DNA from: an archaeon | Lineage (GTDB): Archaea > EX4484-52 > B79-G9 | Assembly: GCA_043813875.1 (NCBI GenBank) | Contig: JBDRKP010000060.1 | Coordinates: 1 to 18,983 of the forward strand | Direction of reading: 5' to 3' | DNA: 18,983 nucleotides | Shown here: in pieces, positions 8,092 to 14,490 of the stretch | Layout of the letters: every line of letters begins with the position of its first letter | Position numbering within the stretch: position 1 is the first letter of the stretch | Notes under the pieces: generated by a model | What the model was told of the DNA's origin: nothing | What the model saw: only the letters and a program-made list of their open reading frames with translations | Databases searched by the model: none | Position numbers and translations under genes: made by a program

Positions 8092-9213
8092 ATGAAAGTA
8101 CTGATGATGGGCTGGGGCTATGAAAACATAATCAGTGGCGGCATGGACGTCCATCTGACACACCTCACAAAAAACCTGTGCAAAGAAGGCATAGAAATCC
8201 ACCTGTTCCTGCCAAAAGACAACGCACCAAACACCGCCCACCCAAATCTCACCATCCACAAGATAGACATCAATAAATACGATGATTCCACCGACATGAC
8301 ATCACTCATAGAGCGCTACAACAACGCCATCATCAAGAAATCAGAATCACTAGACTTCGACATAATCCACACCCACGATTGGTTCGGCGTCCTGAGCGCA
8401 AAAAAACTCGCACAAGAAAGAAACAAACCATGGATCCACACAGTCCACTCCCTGGAATACATGAGATGCGCAAAAGAACATCCAAGCACGACAGAAATAG
8501 AAACAATAGAAAAAACAGGCATCAAAGACTCAGACGCAATCATAACAGTAAGCAACCTCATGAAAAAGGAGATATGCCACTCATACGGCACAGAACCCAC
8601 AAAAGTGAACGTGATTTACAACTACACCTCCGAACTTCCAAAAAACAGCGAAAAAATCAGCAGATTAGACAAAATCAAGAACAACCCTAAAGTGCTATGC
8701 GTATCCCGCCTGACATTCCAGAAAGGGATAGAGCACATAATCCATGCATCAAAAACCATACTGAAAACCGTCCCAGACTGCAGATTCATAATCATCGGCG
8801 ACGGCCATCTCAAAAACAGCCTCATTGAATTCACAAAAATTCTCGACGTAAAAGATTCCTTTATCTTCTGCGGATTTATCCCTCAAAAAGAACTCTCATA
8901 CTACTTCAAAAACGCAGATGTATTTGTCATGCCATCCATCTGGGAACCATTCGGCATAACATGCCTCGATGCAATCGAGTTCAACATCCCGGTCATATTA
9001 TCAGAAAACGTAGGCGCAAAAGAACTATTCAAAGACTGCGTCCTCACGCACAAGACAAGATCAACAAAAGACCTCGCCAAAAAGACCCTGAAACTCCTCA
9101 AAGACAAAAGCTACTCAGACGAGCAGAAAAACAAAGCAAAAAAGAAACTAAAAAGCATCGACAACTGGAACACAATCGCAAAAAAAACAATCTGCGTCTA
9201 CTTATCAGCTTGA
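8092..9213 (+). CDS. GT4-family (GT-B) glycosyltransferase, glycogen-synthase-like
   Basis: MKVLMMGW...SGGM, IIHTHDW, TVHSLE, ITVS, RLTFQKG, FVMPSIWEPFGITCLDA. Confidence 0.92.
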   Translation: MKVLMMGWGYENIISGGMDVHLTHLTKNLCKEGIEIHLFLPKDNAPNTAHPNLTIHKIDINKYDDSTDMTSLIERYNNAIIKKSESLDFDIIHTHDWFGVLSAKKLAQERNKPWIHTVHSLEYMRCAKEHPSTTEIETIEKTGIKDSDAIITVSNLMKKEICHSYGTEPTKVNVIYNYTSELPKNSEKISRLDKIKNNPKVLCVSRLTFQKGIEHIIHASKTILKTVPDCRFIIIGDGHLKNSLIEFTKILDVKDSFIFCGFIPQKELSYYFKNADVFVMPSIWEPFGITCLDAIEFNIPVILSENVGAKELFKDCVLTHKTRSTKDLAKKTLKLLKDKSYSDEQKNKAKKKLKSIDNWNTIAKKTICVYLSA

Positions 9214-9699
9214 CTGCGTTATGCTTATAAGAGGCTTGTTTCCTGACAACCGCTCATAACGTATCAAAAGATTATAATTGCCAGCCCCCAGCCGCTCCTT
9301 TCCGGAAATGATGATATTGTCATAAATCACCTTTATCACAACATTTTTAAGCGTCTTCAGGTCAAACCCGAAACTCGGGCTATAAAACTTCTCAAAAGAA
9401 TTATCCTTCAAATATCCGACACGCGACTCGAATGTATCCCTCGTTCCCTTCGTAAAAAGAACATAGAATTCATTGCCCGGCGAATCCTGCGTCAGTTTCG
9501 TATACCCTCCCTCCACCTTCGCACTCTTTGTAACCCCTCGCGAAACAATACCGGCAACAATGCCATTATTGTCCGAGATGATATAATCACCACGCGAATA
9601 CTCATTACCAAGAGACTGAACTCCCACAGTGACCTCATAGGAATATACAGGAACAATCATTAAAAAAAACATCAGGGCAAAAGCCATTAGCAATCTCAT
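9205..9699 (-). CDS. Hypothetical secreted protein
   Basis: 164 aa with a signal-peptide-like N-terminus (MRLLMAFALMFFLMIVPVYS) and a beta-rich mature part. Convergent 9-bp overlap with the GT4 gene. Confidence 0.7.
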   Translation of the reverse strand: MRLLMAFALMFFLMIVPVYSYEVTVGVQSLGNEYSRGDYIISDNNGIVAGIVSRGVTKSAKVEGGYTKLTQDSPGNEFYVLFTKGTRDTFESRVGYLKDNSFEKFYSPSFGFDLKTLKNVVIKVIYDNIIISGKERLGAGNYNLLIRYERLSGNKPLISITQSS

Positions 9700-9841
9700 A
9701 GAACATAGTTTATCCGAACTAATATTTAAGTCTTTTTTCTCTTTTTTTCATTACATATTAAACCATTTTATGATTTTTCATTAGTATAAAACCAAATGCA
9801 ACTAATGAAAAAGCTTGAAATACCCAAATTTCACCTATATT

Positions 9842-10228
9842 TCATGATTTTTCATCAATCTCAAAATCCCTTAAATTCATCAATCCCAGAAACTTAGTCC
9901 GGGCAGATTTTATTGTACCGGTAACACCCAGCACATACATGATGACATTAACACCCTCGATCTGCCTGATCGAAGCAAGGACAGCTCTCACCTCCTCCAC
10001 AGAATTATGTGTAGTCCGGACGATGCCCTTCTTCCTTGATTTATCAAAAAACGTAGACGGAACCCACATCTTGAATTTAGATGTCCCCACATCACCGAAC
10101 AATTGCAGCGATGTATTCCAGACTGCATTGACCAGATTCTCAAACGCGATATCTTCCTTTGATATTATCTCAAATACGATATACCTTTGATTATCCCTCA
10201 AGGTTGGAGGCAATGGATTTAATCTCAT
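9842..10228 (-). CDS. rnp2: Ribonuclease P protein component 2 (Pop5/Rpp14)
   Basis: LPPTLRDNQRYIVFEI, QLFGDVG, GIVR, LGVTGTIKSA. Start set at ATG 10228, behind a GGTGA RBS. Confidence 0.93.
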   Translation of the reverse strand: MRLNPLPPTLRDNQRYIVFEIISKEDIAFENLVNAVWNTSLQLFGDVGTSKFKMWVPSTFFDKSRKKGIVRTTHNSVEEVRAVLASIRQIEGVNVIMYVLGVTGTIKSARTKFLGLMNLRDFEIDEKS

Positions 10229-10246
10229 TAATTTCACCCGGCGATA

Positions 10247-10954
10247 TTACCCCGATTTTAAATTACCACTCTTTATCTCTGCGACCCTTTTTATTATATG
10301 TGAAGGAATATCAGACACGGTCTTCACCGCTTTTTCCCTGTCAAGACCGCATATATACGCAAGCGACGCAAGTTCCCTGCCAGCCCTCATATCCCACACA
10401 CTTTCTGCCCCGCTGGCGACAACTACATGAGTATCATACTTCTCTGCAAGCATAACATTATTGCGCATGTGATTAAGCACATAAGAGCGTATTTTCCTGT
10501 AAGAATGAAGATAATCGTGGAAATTCAGCTCGATAGCAACATTATTCTCTGCCGCAAGTTTCATCATGACATGGTCCATGCCAGAATCCTTTCTCCTTTG
10601 CTCTGGATGAGTAAGCAAATCCACCCGGGGATTCTCAACTGCACTACGGTTGATCTCAATGTCCCCGCCATGTACCGCAAGTATATCCACATTATCCCTG
10701 AAGCGGTTTATCATCTTATGAAGTTCCTGGGCATTTTTCGCCATTATCTCAACGCCGACCAATACATTTACATTTGTTTTTAACGACCCTACATCGTCCT
10801 TTATTGACTGAAGAGTCTTCAGGCTATCGATTCTGTCAAGTATGACAATCGTATCAAAACCCAGTCGCTCTGCATACGTTACTACTTCCGGAACTGTATT
10901 CACGCCGCACGAATATTTAGTTGTCACATGCATGTCATAGTACTTTCTAAGCAT
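10247..10954 (-). CDS. rnp3: Ribonuclease P protein component 3 (Rpp30)
   Basis: YYDMHV, VHGGD..INRSAVENPRVDLLTHP, GMDHVMMKLAAENNVAIELN, SGAESVWDMR. The true start is probably ATG 10954; the ORF-track extension to 11290 is antisense to the KaiC-like gene. Confidence 0.93.
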   Translation of the reverse strand: MLRKYYDMHVTTKYSCGVNTVPEVVTYAERLGFDTIVILDRIDSLKTLQSIKDDVGSLKTNVNVLVGVEIMAKNAQELHKMINRFRDNVDILAVHGGDIEINRSAVENPRVDLLTHPEQRRKDSGMDHVMMKLAAENNVAIELNFHDYLHSYRKIRSYVLNHMRNNVMLAEKYDTHVVVASGAESVWDMRAGRELASLAYICGLDREKAVKTVSDIPSHIIKRVAEIKSGNLKSG

Positions 10955-11057
10955 GATTCTAATTAGGGATTTAGTTTTTATAAGGTTTAAAAGACCAAAG
11001 ACCCATAAAAAATATAAAAAGGGCAAAGACCAAATATACATACGATTGGGATATAAA
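10955..11057. promoter_or_regulatory. Divergent promoter region between rnp3 and the kaiC-like gene
   Basis: 103-bp AT-rich gap with TATA-like TTATAAAA (minus strand, 10983..10976), ATATAAAA (plus strand, 11012..11019) and three AAAGACC copies. Confidence 0.5.
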
Positions 11058-11774
11058 ATGGAAAGACTAAAAACCGGGATTATAGGTCTGGATGAAAAAA
11101 CAGAAGGCGGCTTCGTAAAAGGCTCAATTATCCTGGTCGTAGGCAAGACCGGTACAGGAAAGACCCAGTTTTGTTCTTCATTCATATATGCTGGAGCCAT
11201 AGAGAAGGAGTCCGGGCTATACATAACAACAGAAGAAAGAGTAGAAGACATAAAAGAAGACATAAATTCCATGTTCAACTGGGACTTCACAGAACTTGAG
11301 CAAAAAGGTCTCGTAAAATTTCTTTCAATAAAAGCGATTTACCCGGAAAGGCCGCTTGGCGAGGAGACACAGCGGATTACAAAATCCTACCTCATAAGCA
11401 TTAGAAGCCAGATAGCAGAAGCCATAAAAGAGGTAAAGGCACAAAGAGTCGTCCTGGATTCAGTATCAATACTCGAGATGTTCATGCAGGACAGGTACAT
11501 GGCAAGAGTTATGCTTTTCGGGTTAGTGGAATATTTCAAAGCACTACAGGTGACCGTAGTGGTAAGCGGCGAGATACCCGAGACAAGTCAGGGATTGACC
11601 GGCAGCGGCATAATCGAATATCTTGTGGACGGTGTGATCAAGCTTGATTTCGTACCGGTATCAGAAGAATTCAAAAGGACTCTGACCATAAGAAAGATGA
11701 GACGGACAGACCATTCTACGCTTATACACCCGTTTGAGATCACACCAAACGGCCTGCATCTTGTGAAGATATGA
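11058..11774 (+). CDS. Single-domain KaiC-like RecA-superfamily ATPase
   Basis: MERLKTGIIGLD..GG, Walker A GKTGTGKT, YITTEE, Walker B VVLDSVS, EYLVDGVIKL, IRKMRRTDH, PFEITPNG. Start reassigned to ATG 11058. Confidence 0.92.
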   Translation: MERLKTGIIGLDEKTEGGFVKGSIILVVGKTGTGKTQFCSSFIYAGAIEKESGLYITTEERVEDIKEDINSMFNWDFTELEQKGLVKFLSIKAIYPERPLGEETQRITKSYLISIRSQIAEAIKEVKAQRVVLDSVSILEMFMQDRYMARVMLFGLVEYFKALQVTVVVSGEIPETSQGLTGSGIIEYLVDGVIKLDFVPVSEEFKRTLTIRKMRRTDHSTLIHPFEITPNGLHLVKI

Positions 11775-11795
11775 ACATTTAAAGGGGGCATTAAT

Positions 11796-13283
11796 ATGAA
11801 AAATATGATAGGAATTATTTTAGCGGCGTTTATTGTATTCATTTTTATAGGATTTTCAGGGACTGGTTTTGCGCAGGAAGCTTGCCCTGTAATCTCCTGC
11901 ACAGACGCAGACGGCGACGGATACACACTAGATGCAACATGCAATATCGACACAGCCTGTACATCCTGCAAATGCGACGACTGCGATGACATTACCTTCG
12001 AAATAAATCCCGGTGTCGAAGAAGTATGCGGCACGGGTTTGGATATGAACTGCAATGAATTAATAGATTGCCAAGACCTCGACTGCTGCAGCAACAGTTT
12101 CTGCCCTGAAGGAGCGCCCAACTGGTACTTCGACAACGACCAAGATGGCTACACAATATGTGAAGGCGACTGCGACGACATTACCTTCGAAATAAATCCC
12201 GGTGTCGAAGAAGTATGCGGTTCGGGTTTGGATATGAACTGCAATGGATTATACGATTGCTACGACTCTGACTGCTGCACAGATAACACAAGATGCCTAA
12301 ATGAAGACCCTGATTGGTGGTTTGATGCCGACCACGACGGTTACAAAACATGTCAAAACGACTGCAATGACAACAACGCCGCAATAAATCCTAGCGCAAC
12401 AGAAACATGCGATGATATCGTAGACAATGACTGCGACGGAACAACAGACTGCTCAGACACCGATTGCGCAACCGATCCTGCATGCAGCACCCAGACATGC
12501 ACACCTAAAGGAGACAAATGCGAAGAGTCAGAAGATTGCTGCAACGAGCTTAAATGCAAAATACAGGAAGACTCAAAAAGAATAAAAGACCAGGAACCAC
12601 AAAAAATATGCTGTCAAAAAGACGAATGCTCATCGATAAACGGATGCATAGCCGAAAACACATGCACCACAACCAACCACAAGAAGGTATGCGCTCACGG
12701 CACATGGATACCGACAACAAAAGCAGAACAGAACTGTAATGACAACATCGACAATGACTGCGACGCAAAAATAGACTGCACCGACGAAGACTGTAAAAAC
12801 AGGCCTGTATGCGGAACATGCGCAACAGACGATGACTGCAAAGAAAACGAGGCATGTAAAAATGATAAATGCATAAGAGTACAATGCAAAAAAGGCGAAC
12901 ATTTTGATAATCACAAGTGCAAGAAACTGGAATGTTACAAAAAAAATGACTGCGAATCAGACGAATTATGCTGCAATCACAAATGCATAGATAGACCTAA
13001 GGACCAGAAAGAAAGTAAAAAATACATCAAAGAAAATGCCGAAAGACTGATGGATGAAGCAGCAGAAAACATTGTGAACAAAAAATTCCAAAAAATAGAA
13101 CCGCATAAAATAATAAGCCAGGTAATAAAGCTCAGAGATGCGAAAGTCGCCTACTTCAACGACGAATACGAAAAATCAGAAGCCTTTGCAACCGAAATCA
13201 TAACAGGCAATGAAGAGCCAAAAGAAACCGCCGTAGGAATGAAAGGTTTCTTAAATAAGATAAAATCGTTTTTCGTGCGCTAA
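11796..13283 (+). CDS. Secreted Cys/Asp-rich protein with putative metal-binding (MopE-related, DxDGDGY...DCDD...INPG.EE.C...D.NC) repeats
   Basis: Signal peptide ending GFA; repeated DxDxDGY, DCDD, INP and DNDCDG motifs; further small Cys-rich modules; helical C-terminal domain; amphipathic terminus. It starts 21 bp after the KaiC-like stop, with a GGGGG RBS. Confidence 0.88.
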   Translation: MKNMIGIILAAFIVFIFIGFSGTGFAQEACPVISCTDADGDGYTLDATCNIDTACTSCKCDDCDDITFEINPGVEEVCGTGLDMNCNELIDCQDLDCCSNSFCPEGAPNWYFDNDQDGYTICEGDCDDITFEINPGVEEVCGSGLDMNCNGLYDCYDSDCCTDNTRCLNEDPDWWFDADHDGYKTCQNDCNDNNAAINPSATETCDDIVDNDCDGTTDCSDTDCATDPACSTQTCTPKGDKCEESEDCCNELKCKIQEDSKRIKDQEPQKICCQKDECSSINGCIAENTCTTTNHKKVCAHGTWIPTTKAEQNCNDNIDNDCDAKIDCTDEDCKNRPVCGTCATDDDCKENEACKNDKCIRVQCKKGEHFDNHKCKKLECYKKNDCESDELCCNHKCIDRPKDQKESKKYIKENAERLMDEAAENIVNKKFQKIEPHKIISQVIKLRDAKVAYFNDEYEKSEAFATEIITGNEEPKETAVGMKGFLNKIKSFFVR

Positions 13284-13943
13284 AAACCAATAAACAACAC
13301 CAGACACAGATAGAGTCATTCTATAATGACTCTATCGATATCGACTACTAAAACAAAACCAGAAGACGTAACATAGACACGTCTAATTCTATTAGGATTT
13401 GTGATTTGCTAGTCGAAGCCATAAAAAATCAAAACCACATAGAATTTACAACCAAGTAACAATAAATTTAAAAATACACCCCCACAAAAGTGACATATAA
13501 ATAAGATAGACGAACCATCAGCGATCACTATGAAAAACAAAAAAAGTATCCTTTTGACATTAATCACAGGTATTATTTTTATTTCATTAATAAATTCTGT
13601 TTCTGCGCAAATATGCATCAAGCCACCCTGCGACTGCGACGGAGACGGCTATAACACCACTGAATGCGGCGGCAACGACTGCGATGACATTACCTTCGAA
13701 ATAAATCCCGGTGTCGAAGAAGTATGCGGCTCGGGTTTGGATATGAACTGCGATGGCTTATACGATTGCTACGACCCTCAATGTTGTGACCAAACATCAC
13801 TCTGTTCTGCATCACCATCTCCACTTTGGATTGACAAAGATGGAGATAGTTATGCTATATGTGAAGGCGACTGCGATGACATTACCTTCGAAATAAATCC
13901 CGGTGTCGAAGAAGTATGCGGTTCGGGTTTGGATATGAACTGC
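11978..13943 (+). repeat. Four dispersed in-frame 76-bp direct repeats (11978..12053, 12167..12242, 13676..13751, 13868..13943)
   Basis: Copies differ at only 3 positions and share an invariant 44-bp core; each encodes DCDDITFEINPGVEEVCG(T/S)GLDMNC. 12156..12289 and 13857..13990 match at 133/134 bp. Confidence 0.97.
13309..13336. repeat. Perfect 12-bp inverted repeat with 4-nt loop
   Basis: GATAGAGTCATT-CTAT-AATGACTCTATC, 25 bp after the stop of the first Cys-rich gene. Confidence 0.9.
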
Positions 13944-14411
13944 AATGGATTATACGATTGCTACGACTCTGACTGCTGCACAGATAACACCAGATGCCCA
14001 AACGAATACCCTTACTGGTGGTTTGACGCCGACCACGACGGTTTTAAAACATGCCAAAACGACTGCAACGACAACGATGCATCAATAAATCCAAACGCAG
14101 CGGAAATATGCGACTTAATAGACAATAACTGTGACGGACTTGACGGCTTCAACAACGACGGCGACAGTTATACAACGTGTTATGGAGACTGCAACGATAC
14201 AAATCAATTCATAAATCCAAGTGTAAATGAATCCGAAAATAACGGTTGCATTGATGGCGTAGACAATAACTGTGATGAAATGATTGATTGCGAAGATTCA
14301 GATTGTTTCGGCACTCCATCATGTGAGGGAATACCCGAGTATCCGTTAGGATTCATTATACCAATTATGATAACAATATACCTCGCATATAAACGAAAAT
14401 ACATCTTCTAA
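13530..14411 (+). CDS. Secreted Cys/Asp-rich metal-binding-motif repeat protein with PEF-CTERM-like anchor
   Basis: Signal peptide ending VSA; the same repeats as the upstream paralog; C-terminus IPEYP + hydrophobic helix + KRK. Confidence 0.88.
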   Translation: MKNKKSILLTLITGIIFISLINSVSAQICIKPPCDCDGDGYNTTECGGNDCDDITFEINPGVEEVCGSGLDMNCDGLYDCYDPQCCDQTSLCSASPSPLWIDKDGDSYAICEGDCDDITFEINPGVEEVCGSGLDMNCNGLYDCYDSDCCTDNTRCPNEYPYWWFDADHDGFKTCQNDCNDNDASINPNAAEICDLIDNNCDGLDGFNNDGDSYTTCYGDCNDTNQFINPSVNESENNGCIDGVDNNCDEMIDCEDSDCFGTPSCEGIPEYPLGFIIPIMITIYLAYKRKYIF

Positions 14412-14490
14412 AAAAGAAAGCAAAAATAGGCTAAAAAGCAATATCCCACTATAGTGATATATATAAATCATAATACCCAAATAATCATCC

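Noticed and set aside
10953..11290. Long overlapping N-terminal extensions of Rpp30 (to 11290) and the KaiC-like protein (from 10953)
   Set aside because: Family homology begins at ATG 10954 (minus) and ATG 11058 (plus); the extensions are read-through of the promoter gap and antisense sequence.
13341..13416. Archaeal SECIS element or tRNA
   Set aside because: A GAA precedes a short stem, but the upstream gene has no in-frame TGA and the geometry is not convincing. No cloverleaf or T-loop motif is present.
11978..13943. CRISPR array
   Set aside because: Repeats are 76 bp, in frame within proteins, with 113-116 bp coding spacers, and there is no cas operon.
12156..14092. Diversity-generating retroelement TR/VR pair
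   Set aside because: Mismatches are mostly C/T and G/T and are not confined to adenines of one copy. Both copies are coding, and no reverse transcriptase is in the window.
691..14404. Other short ORF-track entries overlapping CLC, glyS, minD, the nucleotidyltransferase, GT4, the rnp genes and the Cys-rich genes
   Set aside because: They are antisense or alternate-frame shadows of well-supported genes, with no motifs of their own.
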